A stretch of 64,000 nt of DNA from Octopus vulgaris (Eukaryota): the NCBI GenBank assembly GCA_951406725.2, contig OX597815.1, positions 53,320,001 through 53,384,000 of the forward strand, written 5' to 3'. Below are positions 29,362 to 42,250 of this stretch, piece after piece. Numbering within the stretch: position 1 is the stretch's first letter; every line of letters starts with the position of its first letter. A model generated the notes under the pieces. That model saw nothing but the letters and a program-made list of their open reading frames with translations, was not told the origin of the DNA and searched no databases. The position numbers were made by a program, and so were the translations under genes.

Positions 29362-29593
29362 ACGGTAAGGAATAGGGATTTGAAATCCAGAAAGGTACCT
29401 TATTAAATCTCTGATCCGATACAGATCTGTCTAACCATATCGAATGATAAGGTACACACAGACTCATTTAAGATAACCTATCAAACCGCACTGCATTCAA
29501 TAGGTAAATTATGAATTCACTTCATTGAAATTCATTCGGCATGCAAAGTATATAAGCAAAGTACCATAAAAAAGTATCATAATGAAGAATTAT

Positions 29594-30018
29594 ACATCTT
29601 CAAAATTTATTTATTAAAGCATTATTCTCATCAATCTGCAATCCGAAACGCGTTTATATTGGATAAGTGTCCTAGTGTCCTTTGATGATATAGCAGTCAT
29701 GTGCATTTATTTGATTTAATTTTAAATCAGTTGCAGACTAGGTAAACTTATGTGCGCTTTTATCTATGGTAAAATAAGATCCTTATTTGGAAAATACTTA
29801 AACACTTTTCTAAATAGTGTGAGCATTTTACCCGCATGGGTAAAATCTCGATCAAAGCTACATAGAAAAGTCTACCTTCGATGAATATGTATTTAAATCA
29901 ACTAAATGCACATAACTGCCACAACAAAGAACACTAGGACACTTATCCAAGAGAAACACGTGTCGGATTGGAATTTGATGAGAATAATACTCAAATAAAT
30001 AAAGCTCTGAAGATGAAT
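29594..30018. repeat. Imperfect foldback element, ~130-bp inverted arms
   Basis: ttggataagtgtcctagtgt (29659-29678) / acactaggacacttatccaa (29931-29950) plus flanking similarity (tattctcatcaa / ttgatgagaata; atgtgcattta / taaatgcacat). Confidence 0.8.
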
Positions 30019-30107
30019 AATTCTATATTCTCCTTTATGATGTGTGTGTGTCTGTGTGTGTCTATGTACACACACATAGAAAGAAACACAGGCGAGAGAG
30101 AGAACGG

Positions 30108-30275
30108 AACATGCATAGCTGAGTGGCTAAGAATTTCGCATCGTAAGACATGTAGGTGGCTTCGGATTCAGTTCCATAGCGTAGCATTTTGAGCAAGTGT
30201 CTTCTATCATAGCCATCGGAGGGTCAATGGATTCTTATTGAATTTGGAAGAAAGAAACTTCTTGGAAGTTTGTCG
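30108..30275 (+). mobile_element. SINE family B 5' part, diverged
   Basis: gcatagctgagtggctaagaa..ggattcagttcca..gagcaagtgtcttctatcatagcc. Confidence 0.6.
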
Positions 30276-31083
30276 TATAGATATACTTATACCAACCCTT
30301 ACGCACACGCATACATACAGATAGATGGGTAGATAGATAAATAGATAGGTATGTGAGTGTATGTATGAATATATGTATGAGTCTATTAGCGCATATGTTT
30401 AACACCCCATACACACACATGCATGCATGTAAATGTGTGTGCGTGTTTGTATGTATTGTGTGTGTGTTTGTATGTTTTGTGTGTGTGTGTGTATGTTTAT
30501 ATCGACGTCAATGAAATCATGAGTAAAATATTTTGACAGCTTATTATTCAACTTAACATTCGACAATTCCAAATACAATATAGTCATATATGCATTCCCT
30601 CTCTTTCTCCCTGCTTTCCTTTTCTCTCCTTAGTCTCTTTATTTTCCTCGTGTTTACTCACAACACAAGCACACACTCACGCAGTCGTGTGTATATATCT
30701 ATGTATGTATATAATCTAACTCAATCGTATAAGCACACACTTAGGGTACTATAATATATCAACATATACATATGAATGAAACAGAGAGAGGGGAGAGAAA
30801 GGTAAAGGGAAAAAGTTATTTCTATTTAAAGATGTAGAATAGATATGTCTTAAATGTTAAATGGCTAACTAAATGGAAAATATTTCTAAAAGCTTTTAAT
30901 GAGAAATGTATTCCATGTGCAAGTTCATGTATACATTTTCATTTTTGTCACATCTCTCGTTCAAAATCTATAGATTTCTTAATAATTGTTTACTTGTAAT
31001 AGTTCTACACCACATCACTTTCTCTCATATTCATAAAGTTATATATACATACATACATGCATACATACGTACAAACATATACC

Positions 31084-31183
<100 letters not shown>

Positions 31184-31189
31184 TATGCA

Positions 31190-31220
<31 letters not shown>

Positions 31221-31351
31221 TTACCGAGTGAGAGAGAGAAAGAAAGAGATCGTTAGAGATGGAGTGAGACTGAAAGATATGGGCAAATATGTGTGCGTGT
31301 ATACACACACACACACACACACACACACGGACACACACACAAATATATATT

Positions 31352-31850
31352 AGAGGTATTGACATCCAGAAGACACAAAATGGCAGGTAAGTCTATGTAA
31401 GTACCATGGAAGGACCGTAGTTAAACTCTCGGTTCGATAATAATGCGAGTGAGGAGTCTAATGCGGATCTTCGTGAGCCCTTTTCACACTTTCCATTTGT
31501 AATGACAAAATATGAACTCCTATCAGAATTTACATACCAGGGACAAGAAGCATTTCTACCACTTCTACACACCACTTTTCCTGGATAATGGAACTGCAAC
31601 TATAACATCCTACATATATTTTTATTTTTACTTTTATTCTCTTATTTCCTTATATACTTCTTATTTCCATCCTTTTCCAAAATAACTCCTTATATTTAAC
31701 TCTATACTTCTCTCTATGTAACTATCTCACATCGTCTCTGACGAAGGGATATTCCTAATATCCCAGAAACAGCTGTGAGACTAACTTTTTCTTTATAAAT
31801 GTCCTGAAAATTCCACACAGCCTTGGCTTTGTTGTCTCATTTTATTTAAC
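31352..31850 (+). mobile_element. Degraded Penelope-like 3' end
   Basis: Possible GIY-YIG remnant (TQNGR*VYVSTMEGP..NSR), pyrimidine-rich tract, then the hammerhead at 31734-31781; flanked by microsatellites. Confidence 0.45.
31734..31781 (+). ncRNA. Minimal type-I hammerhead motif, cleavage triplet GUG (probably inactive)
   Basis: GUCU-CUGACGA-A-GGGAUAUU(ccu)AAUAUCCC-A-GAAA-C-AGCU-GUG/AGAC. Confidence 0.7.
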
Positions 31851-31862
31851 ACACACATGTAA

Positions 31863-31895
<33 letters not shown>

Positions 31896-32040
31896 TAGGT
31901 GAATGAATTATCCTATGTTTATCGTCAGCATGGAAAATTCGTTTAACCGAAACCTGGGTGGCAAATTCACGTCAGAAACACGGTTGAAGCGACCTGTCCA
32001 AGGGTAGAAACTCCGGGTTCATGTGTAGAAATTTGTGTTG

Positions 32041-32358
32041 TATATGAATAAATGAAAGAATGGAGTCGAACGAAGATGTTAACAAAATTCCTTTACTCCC
32101 GACACATGTTTCGAAGACAGTATGTTTTCATTCCAAAGGAATAAAGGGTGCATTATGCAATCTTCTCATCAGGAAGGAAAGGGAGCCTCTCTCGACAACA
32201 AGACAAACAAAAATTTCGATGATTTCCTGATGAGAAGATTGCATAATGCACCCTTTATTCCTTTGGAATGAAAACATGCTGTCTTCGAAACGTGTGTAGA
32301 GAGTAAAGGAATTTTGTTAACATCTTCGTTCGACTCCATTCTTTCATTTATTCATATA
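32041..32358. repeat. Inverted duplication: 135-bp arms (32041-32175 / 32224-32358), 48-bp spacer, 4 mismatches
   Basis: Direct reverse-complement comparison; the right arm runs into (TA)n. Confidence 0.97.
32223..32302 (+). ncRNA. Hammerhead motif (mirror copy on minus strand ~32097-32176)
   Basis: UUUC-CUGAUGA-GAAGA[..]UCUUC-GAAA-C-GUGU-GUA/GAGA; the minus copy ends GAAA-C-AUGU-GUC/GGGA. Confidence 0.75.
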
Positions 32359-32394
32359 TATATATATATATCTAGACGCGGACGCACTTATATA

Positions 32395-32451
<57 letters not shown>

Positions 32452-32607
32452 GTATTCGTGCACGTTCTGTTGATATTTTGAAATTGTGTGAAGTTTATAG
32501 AGAGCTAATAAATACATTATTTTTATTGAAATTTTATTTCTTCTTAGGCGTTTGACTGTTGAGATTATGTAAAGTCCTGTAGGTAAAATCCCAAGATAGA
32601 CCCCCTT

Positions 32608-32773
32608 TGAAAACTGGGCCATTAACCGCGAAGTTTTTGTCAACATTGGCAGCTCGCCTCACCGAGATATTAGGTGATGCTTGTGAGGGTGCTTGGCTTT
32701 CCGAACGCTTTAGCGTCGCCATCGCCCGCGGTAATGCTGCGAGCATGCTGGCTTGTTTCAGTAGGATCCGTTA
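32608..32773 (+). mobile_element. C-terminal fragment of a CRE-clade non-LTR retrotransposon (restriction-like endonuclease end)
   Basis: GPLTAKFLSTLAARLTEILGDACEGAWLSERFSVAIARGNAASML..*, matching the CRE terminal motif (..GD.RE..FL.QRLS.A.QRGNAAS.L). Confidence 0.75.
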
Positions 32774-33296
32774 AATCTTGTGGTGAGCGACTAGTTGCTG
32801 TGTTAAAAAAATCCTCACAGATGGTTTCAATACAGTTTTAGCAGAAAGATTTTCCGGTAATTCTCTTTCATGTAAATAAATATTTACGTTAATTTAAAAA
32901 ATTGTCACCAAAATCTTATAAAATGATAATATTCTAAAAGATGTACATGTTTATATGTTATGTAAGAAAATAAAAATACTAACGTATTCTGTTATACAAA
33001 TGTAACCTTTTCTGTCTTGAGTGTTTTAACTATTATTTTTAGTTTCATGTCAAAAATGAATGCGTTAAAAAAGATTACTATGGCGCTTCACTAAGCTTTC
33101 CATTGCATATATAATATTTAAACCATTGAAAATGTCTTTTTTAAAAGGATAATGAATGCTTTAAAGAAACTTAACTATGAAATAGTAATAATCTATCTCT
33201 AATATTATTCTGCAATGTTTTTACACAATTTGTAACGCTTGACAAATCTTTATACATTATAACTACATTCTTAATTTTAATATAAGTGTAAGATAT

Positions 33297-33745
33297 AGGA
33301 GTCAGCTGGCAGAATCGTTGGCATGCTGGGAAAATGCATAGCGGAATTTCGTTCGTCTTTACATTCTGTGGTCAAATTCCGCCGAGTCGACTTTGACTTT
33401 CATTCACAAGGGGTCGATAAAATAAGTACCATTTGAGCTCCAGGATCGATGTAATTGACTTACACCTGTCCACTAAATCGCTGGGCAATATAAATGTAAG
33501 GTATGTGTAATTGGTTATGATCCTACAGCCGTAGAGTACAATACATCCCAGCTGGCGGAGAACTAGTAGTTTTTAAATATTCTTTTCACCTCTAGGCACA
33601 AGGCACAACATTTTTGGGAGAGGCCAGTCGACCCCAGTACACAACTGGTACTTAATTTATCGACCCCGAGAGGATGAAGAGCAAAGTCGACCTCGGCGGA
33701 ATTTCAACTCAGAACGTAAAGACAGACGAAATACTTTTAAGCTTT
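33297..33745. mobile_element. Two SINE family A copies tail-to-tail (+ 33297-33490, - 33582-33745)
   Basis: Both carry the family A core in opposite orientations. Confidence 0.85.
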
Positions 33746-34053
33746 CTCAATTTTTCAACTATTTTAATCGATTTTTTTGTACCTCTGATGAGAGAAATAT
33801 GACTATTTGTATCGGCTGGAAAACTCGCCCAATACACACACATTCCCCGAATCGATCGTATGGCTTTCTAATGCTGCTTTTCTTTGGATTCTAATACTGG
33901 AGTGCTTGAAACCAAACATCTCGATGAATGTTTTTATGTATTTTCTATTCCAATAATAAAGGAACTTGACCTACGAAAATATGTTATCCACTTTGATTTT
34001 TGCTATATATATATATTCAAAAGAAATTAAGAGGGTAATTTAACCTCTAATTG

Positions 34054-34121
<68 letters not shown>

Positions 34122-34214
34122 TATATAACAATTGCAGCGTGGAAGGTGTTTATAAGCTATTTAAGAAACACACAAAAACCGTTAGATTCATTTCAAGATT
34201 TAAATTCAATTTGC

Positions 34215-34385
34215 CAAGGCACTAGGTCCGAAATTTGGTAGGAGGGGGCCGTCGATTAGATCAACCCCAGTACGCAACCGGTACTTAATTTATCGACCCC
34301 GAAAGGATGAAAGCAAAGTCGACCTTGGCGGAATTTGAACTCAGAAAGTAAAGACAGACAAAATACCTCTAAGCATTTCGCCCAT
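34215..34385 (-). mobile_element. SINE family A copy, 5' truncated
   Basis: gtcgattagatcaaccccagtacgcaaccggtacttaatttatcgaccccgaaaggatgaaagcaaagtcgacc. Confidence 0.88.
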
Positions 34386-34439
34386 TTAAAAATATTATAT
34401 CAATGATACTTGTGTGTGTTTGTGTTTGTGTGTGTACCA

Positions 34440-34648
34440 AAATGTGACCGCGTGTGTACCGTTGGAGATTTTGTTTCCTCCATCTTCCCTTCTTTGGATC
34501 TTTCCTTTTCCTATGTTTCTGACGAAGAGCTCCTCTCGAAATGTTAAACCCTCCTTTTTCCTTCCTTCCTGAGCGTCCAATAATACTATATTTGTTCCAC
34601 GTCCTCGCGTTGTTGTTTTCTCCTTGTGTTTTCATGTTTGGATTAACT

Positions 34649-34650
<2 letters not shown>
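34440..34650 (+). mobile_element. Isolated Penelope-like 3' terminus with hammerhead (34515-34549)
   Basis: GUUU-CUGACGA-A-GAG(cuccu)CUC-GAAA-UG-UU/AAAC; a diverged homologue of 34702-34880 in opposite orientation across (TA)n. Confidence 0.75.
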
Positions 34651-34703
<53 letters not shown>

Positions 34704-34789
34704 AATCCAAACGGGAAACAAAAAAACAACAACAATGGAACAATTACAGTATTATTATTAATAGGCGCTCAGGAAATGGAAGCAGGGAG

Positions 34790-34824
34790 GTATGACGTTT
34801 CGAGCGGAGCTCTTCGTCGGAAAC
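34790..34824 (-). ncRNA. Minimal hammerhead motif (U4C core variant) at the PLE 3' end
   Basis: GUUU-CCGACGA-A-GAGC(UCC)GCUC-GAAA-CG-UC/AUAC. Confidence 0.7.
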
Positions 34825-34994
34825 ATAAAGAAGGAAGAGAGAGGAAAGAAAGATCCCGGAGCGGGCAACGGAGATAGAGAAAAAAACGACTGGTGTTAGG
34901 AGTTACACATGGTGAAAGGCGGATGTTTACGATAACAAGAGCAAAGTGGGTTTTTAAAGGCAAAAGAGTGGAGACAAGGTTGGTAACGCAACAG

Positions 34995-35688
34995 ATGTGT
35001 GTGTATGTGTGAGTGTGTGCGTGTGCGTGTGTGTATGTGTGTGTGTGAGGCGAGATAAAAAAACAAAAAATATATGTATGTGTTAGTGTGTGCGTCTGTG
35101 TGTAGGCGTGTGAGGTAGGGCGAGACGGTGGTCAGCATAGCAGCAGCATAGCAGACAAAGGTCAGTAGTAAGAAAAGGGAGGAAGGAGGAAGGGAGGGAG
35201 GGGAAGGGGTGGGGGCGTATGTAGCGTGCCAGCGTGTGTTGAGTAGTAGTGTGTGTGTGTGTCCAGTGTCGTGGTAGTATTAATGGCGAGTAGATTGAAT
35301 GTGTGTAAGAGTAATGTATATGTTTAAGCAATATGTGTATATGTGTGCGCGTGTGTGTAACGAAAAAAAGGGGGGGTTAAGGAAAAGGACTCCAGCGGAG
35401 GGGAAGATGGAAGAGTGGTCCCGCGGAGACGGGCGTGGGAAAACCCAACGACAAGCGACATCCCAGGAACGGGCGGGAGGTCTCGTCGGGTCCAAGGGCG
35501 AGGTGCATGCGGCGCGCATGCGTGCGCGAACCGGCGCAAGCGCGTGTGTGCGCGCGCCTGCGAGTGTGCGCGTACGTATGTGTGTGTGTGGATGTGTGAG
35601 TGTGTCTGTGTGTATGTCTGGGTGGCAGTGTGTCCGATGAATGTATGTGAGTATGTGTGTATATATGTGTGTGCATAGATGTATGTCC

Positions 35689-35720
<32 letters not shown>

Positions 35721-37625
35721 GTGTATGTATGTATGTGTGTGTGTGTAGTGTGTGTGTGCATGTGTGTGCGCGAACATACAGGTGTGTGAGTGAGTGCGTG
35801 TGTGTGTATGTATGTGTGAGTGTGTATGTATGTGTGTGTAGGATGCATGTATGTGTATGGGTGTATGTATGCGTGTGTGTATGTATGTATGTGTACGTGC
35901 GTGTGTGTGTGTGCATGCGTGTAGGTGTGCGCGTGTGCATGCGTGCATGTATGTGCGTATGTGTGTGTGTGTGCATGTGTGTGGGTATATATGTATGTGC
36001 GTATATGTGTGTGTATGTGCGTACATGTGTGTGTGTATGCATGTGTGTGTAGGCGTGTAGGCGTGTGTGTATAGGTGTATGTATGTAAGTATGTATGGGT
36101 GTGTCCGTGTATGTGTGTATGTATGTGTGTGTATGTAGCTGTGTGGGCGTGTGTATATGTGTGTGTATGTAGGTGTGTGGGCGTGTGTATATAGGTGTAT
36201 GTATGTATGTCTGGGTGTGTCCGTGCATGTTTGTGTGTGTGTGTGTATGCATGTGTATGTAGGTGTGTGTGTACGTGTGTAATGTATGTGTGTATGCGTG
36301 TGTATGCGTGCGTGTGTGTATGTAGGTGCGTGTGTATGTGTGTGGGAGTGTAGGTGTGTGTGTGCGTGTGCGTGTTTATGTTGGTGTGTGCGTATGTGAG
36401 TGTGAGTGTATGGGTGTTTGTCATGCATGTGTGTGCGCGTGCAGGTGAGTGTGTGCGTAAGTATGTGTGTGTGTATGTTTGTGTGAGTGTGTATGTGTGT
36501 ATGTCTGTGTGTATGTATGTGCGTATAGGAGTATGTAGGTATGTGTGTGTGTATGTATATGGGTGTATGTATGTATGTGTGTGTGTGTGCATGTGTATAA
36601 GTATATGCGTGTGTGCGTATGTGTGTGTATGTGTATGTGTGTGTGTTTATGTATGTGTGTATGTATGTGTGTAGGCGTGAGTGTGTAGATGTATGTATGT
36701 ATGGGTGTGTGTCAGTGTGTGTTTGTGTGTGTGTGTAGGTAGATGTGTGTGTCTGAGTGAGGGTATGGCTGTGTAGGTGTGTGTGTGTATGAATGTAAGT
36801 GTGTGTGTATACAAGTGTAATGTATGTATGTAGGTGTGTGTGTGTGTGTGTATGTGTACGTGTGCGTGTGTATGTGTGTGTGTGTATGCGCGTGAGTGTG
36901 GGTGTATGGGTGTATGTCTGTGTGTGTGTATGTCTGAAGTGGGTATGTGTGTGTATGTATGTATGTGTGTGTGTGTGCGGGTATGTGTGTGTGTGTATGT
37001 GTGTGTGTGAGTAGGTGTGTGTGAGTAGGTGTGCGTGTATGTATGTGGGTAGGGATGCATGCGAGTGTGTGGGTATGTATGCAAACATACGCATGCGCAC
37101 ATCCGAAGCAAGCCCACACACACGAAGCGCGCTCACGCACACAGTGCACAAGCAGTACAACGCAAGCCCAAAGGGGCCGACCGAGACCCCAGCGCGCGCC
37201 AAGGCGCGCGAGCGCAAAGGCCCTCGCTACGCGGGAACCGAGGATCCATCAGCCAAAACCGGAAAGCAGAAAAGAGGGGGGGGGCTGCCTGGATGCAAAA
37301 AGGTGTATGTGTGTGTGCATTCAGTGTACGGGTGTGCATGTGTGGGTATGTATGTATGTATGTGCCTACCTGTATGTGTGCATGTGTGTGTGTGTGAAGT
37401 ATGTACGTGCGGTGTGTGTGTGTGAGTGTGTGTGTATGTATGTGCGTATGTATGTGTGTGTGTATGTGTGTATGTATGTCTGTGTGTGTGTGTGTGTGTA
37501 AGTATGTATGCGTGTGTGTATGTATGTATGTGTGTGTGTATGTGCATGTGTGTCTGTAAGTGTGTGTGATTAAATGTGTGAATGTATGTACGTAGATGGG
37601 TCTACGTATGTGTGTGTGTGAACAG
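34995..37625. repeat. ~2.6-kb cryptic (TG/TA/CG) dinucleotide mosaic with embedded GC-rich islands
   Basis: Imperfect gtgt/gtat/gcgt runs; unique islands at ~35360-35580 and ~37085-37300. Confidence 0.9.
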
Positions 37626-37630
37626 GCGTG

Positions 37631-37696
37631 TGGGAGGTAGGTGGGTGGGAGGTAGGTGGGTGGGAGGTAGGTGGGTGGGAGGTAGGTGGGTGGGTG
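37631..37696 (+). repeat. 15-bp tandem repeat tgggaggtaggtggg x4, G-quadruplex-prone
   Basis: Four perfect units immediately 3' of the PLE stop codon. Confidence 0.85.
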
Positions 37697-37742
37697 TGTG
37701 TGGGTGGTGTGTCCGAAAAAAAAAAAAAAAAAAAAACCGATC

Positions 37743-39532
37743 TCAAGAGGAGGGGGCTGTGTTAAGTCCGTGTGGGGTGGTAGTTTGTAGGGTGAAGATG
37801 TAGCGTTGCTCCAAGTGGAGCCTGGAAAGTGGGCGACCATTGTGGGGGGCGAGACCAAACACTGAGATGTCATCTCGGGAATGGCCGGCCGAGCGGAAGT
37901 GGCGTGCGACGGGAGAAAAAGAGTGTAGGCGAACGTCCCTCAAGTGTTCAGTGAAACGGTCGGACAACCGGCGTCCCGTCTGACCTACATACAGCATCCC
38001 GCATAGGTTGCATTTAATGCAGTAAATAAGGCCAGACGAGGTGCACGTAAAAGAGTGCCTAATGCGTACAGTATGCAGGTTGGAGCCGGTGACAGCGGTG
38101 GTGTTGGTGATGAAGGGGCAAGTGTTGCAGCGGGATCTAGAGGAAGGGAATGATCCGTGTGGGGCTGAGGGGGAAGGAGAGAGGGTGCTGTGGACCAGGA
38201 GGTCACGCAGATTGCGGGCTCGTTTGAAAGAGGACAGGGGTGGGTTAGGGAAAATGGGGCGGGTGGTGGGATCAAGCTGGAGGCGACGGAAGGCACGTAG
38301 TATCTTGCGACGAAGGGGTAGGGTAGAGGGGTGGAAAAGGAGGGGGAAGGGGTGCGGTTGGGGGGTGGGCGGGGGGAAGGAGACAGGGCGGTAGTGCGGT
38401 CGATGCGACGGGCGCGGGTGAGGGCATCAGAGAGGTGTGTGGGTGGGTAACCTCGGAGTCTGAACATGCGGGCCAGGTATTGAGATTGGGTCTCGAAATC
38501 CTGGTCGCGGCTGCACAAACGTCGGAGGCGGAGGAACTGGGAGTAGGGGATGGCTCGTTTGGTGTGGAAGGGGTGGGAGGAAGAGAAGTTGAGATAGAGG
38601 TGGGAATCCGTAGGTTTAAAGAAGGCGGTGGTGGTGAGAGAGCTGGAGGGGTGATCGATGCGGAGAGAGATGTCAAGGAAGTTGACAGAGGTGTTGGAGA
38701 TGGTGGAGGTGAATTGAAGAGAGGGGTGAAAGTTGGAAAGGAAAGAGATGAATTGGCAGAGAAGTTCACGGGAAAGGGAGGTGGCACCTACGCAGTCGTC
38801 GATATAGCGACCGTATAGTTCGGGGGTCGGCCCAGAGAACTGGGAGAACACTTGGGCCTCAATGTAGCCAAGAAAGAGATTGGCGAAATTGGGGCCCATC
38901 CTAGTTCCCATCGCGACCCCGGACATCTGTTGGTACGTTTCCCCGGCGAACGTGAAGCAATTGAGGGTGAGGACGAGCTCAGCCAAACGGAGAAGGGTGG
39001 GGGTGCTGGGGGTGGGGTCGGGACGACGGTCGAGGAAGTGTTGGAGGGCTAGGAGACCGTCATTGTGGGGAATCACTGTGTACAGGGATTTTACATCTAA
39101 GGTGAAGAGGAGGTGTGAGGGGCTGGAAGGGAAGGAAAAGGAATTGAAGAGACGGAGGGCGTGGTTGGTGTCGTGTATGTGGGATGGGAGGGCTGCGACT
39201 AAGGGGGACAGGATGCGGTCGAGGTATAGGGAGATGAGTTCAGTGGGGCAATTACAGGCAGAGACTATGGGACGGCCAGGGTTAGAGGGTTTATGGATCT
39301 TGGGAAGGAAGTAGATGGTGGAGGTGCGGGGTGTACGGACGATGAGGTTGGTGGCGGTGAGGGGGAGAGCGGAGGAGGAGATGAGGTCGTGGATGGTGGA
39401 GGACACTCGCTGTTGGTAGGAGGAGGTGGGATCGGAGGGGAGGAGGCGATAGAAGAGGGGATTTTGAAGCTGGTTGAGCGCTTCCTCCCTGTATAGGTCC
39501 GCGCGCCACACTACCACCGCCCCGCCTTTGTC
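37743..39532 (-). pseudogene. PLE reverse transcriptase + GIY-YIG endonuclease; one frameshift near 38340, N-terminus missing
   Basis: [81 protein letters not shown]. After the frameshift: [64 protein letters not shown]. Confidence 0.97.
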
Positions 39533-39553
39533 ATATATATGTATGTATGTATG

Positions 39554-39591
<38 letters not shown>

Positions 39592-39643
39592 TATATATAT
39601 GTATGTTTTTATATATATGTATATATATATATATATATATGTA

Positions 39644-39800
<157 letters not shown>

Positions 39801-39845
39801 AAGAGGCTAATTTAACCTTGAACTGTGTATATATATATATGTATG

Positions 39846-39875
39846 TATTGGCTGATGAATAGAAAGCCGCCAATA
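39846..39875 (+). ncRNA. Ultra-minimal hammerhead-like motif lacking stem II
   Basis: UAUUGG-CUGAUGA-AUA-GAAA-GC-CG/CCAAUA: perfect 6-bp stem I, degenerate cleavage site. Confidence 0.45.
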
Positions 39876-40507
39876 TTCCGTCCTGGTTTTCTTATATACA
39901 TATAGCGCCGTACGTATACCTTTTCTCAGCTTGTAAATAAGTATATATCTAAATTCTGCACGACTTTCTTCTTTCTTTCTTGTTTTCTTTTTCTCGCTCC
40001 CCCCTCTCTCACTTGGCATTCTCTTTCCATTTTTCTTTTCCTCGCTCCCCTTCCCTCATATTTCTTGGCTTTCCCTTTCTTCAATCTCTCAACTTTCCTG
40101 TAATCTCCATTGTACTTTTCCTTCTGTCCCCTCCCTCCCCCTCTCTCTCTAGTTCCTTCCCTAATTCTTCAATCCCTCTACTCTCTACCTCTCTCTGTTC
40201 CTCCCACGTGATCGGTGCTAGGCCAGGCATGATCTTTTTTTCTTGGCCACACCACCGCTCACACACTCCTTATTTTCCTGTCTTCGGACTTTCATCTATA
40301 TTTGTTGCCGTAAGGCAGCTTAACCTGTCCTTTTAGTCGAAAAACGCTTGTTGTTATTCTTGTTGTTTGTAATATTTTCGCCGTTTTCTCGTTTTTTTTT
40401 TGTCCGTGGTGTCGCACATATTCACTGGCTTTCTTTCCCAAATTTAATGTCCTTAGCTTAGATTTTGGTGCCTACTAATTTTGAACTTTCTCAAGTGCAA
40501 CAGGCTG

Positions 40508-41700
<1,193 letters not shown>

Positions 41701-42181
41701 TACTTTAATCAGAGCATTTATTTATCAATTAAGTACCTTGAAATAATATTGAGATTTCAAATTTTGGTCTCACACATACGCTAACTCAGACACACACTGT
41801 CACTACTGCTCTTGTACGTGTCAAACATTCCCAATTCCAGAAGGGCCAGTTCCCAATTGGTAGAATGATAATGTTCTACTACTGCTTATCACAACAGCTG
41901 AAAGCGGAACAGTTACAGAAAGTTGATTAGGAACCTGATACTGTTTATATATCGTTATATGTCGCACAAACACATTTATGCACATACAGATAAGTCCACC
42001 AGGCAGGCATGACTTTCATACATGAAATGAAAACAAAATCTTCAGTTCACTTCAGCGATAAAAGGTTCACAATCTCCATACACTGTCATTTCTTTCCCTT
42101 CTACGTATTTATTTAGACGTATTTGAGCGTGTGTCTATATGCAGGTTTCCAGAAAATATTAGTTTTTCAAGGCATCCAAAA

Positions 42182-42250
<69 letters not shown>

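Larger units (their letters stand above)
34702..39532 (-). mobile_element. Penelope-like retroelement (Neptune-like), 5'-truncated, flanked by (TA)n
   Basis: Starts abruptly at DKGGAVVVW next to (TA)n at 39533 and encodes RT + GIY-YIG. Downstream lie a long CA-rich tract and a terminal hammerhead at 34790-34824, ending at (TA)n 34651-34700. That 34702-37742 belongs to the same insertion is inferred. Confidence 0.8.

Noticed and set aside
33781-33830. ctgatgag followed by gaaa, a possible hammerhead
   Set aside because: No stem I or stem II pairing and no suitably placed cleavage triplet.
35280-37217. 645-aa His/Thr-rich ORF and overlapping long ORFs
   Set aside because: Translation of a stop-poor CA-repeat mosaic that is open in several frames; no domain content.
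37141-37260. ctgatgg on the minus strand within the GC-rich island, a possible ribozyme
   Set aside because: No GAAA/NUH partner found; kept only as an unexplained structured island.
38041-39509. Antisense and alternative-frame ORFs over the PLE
   Set aside because: Shadow ORFs from GC-rich coding sequence; the RT/GIY-YIG frame explains the region.
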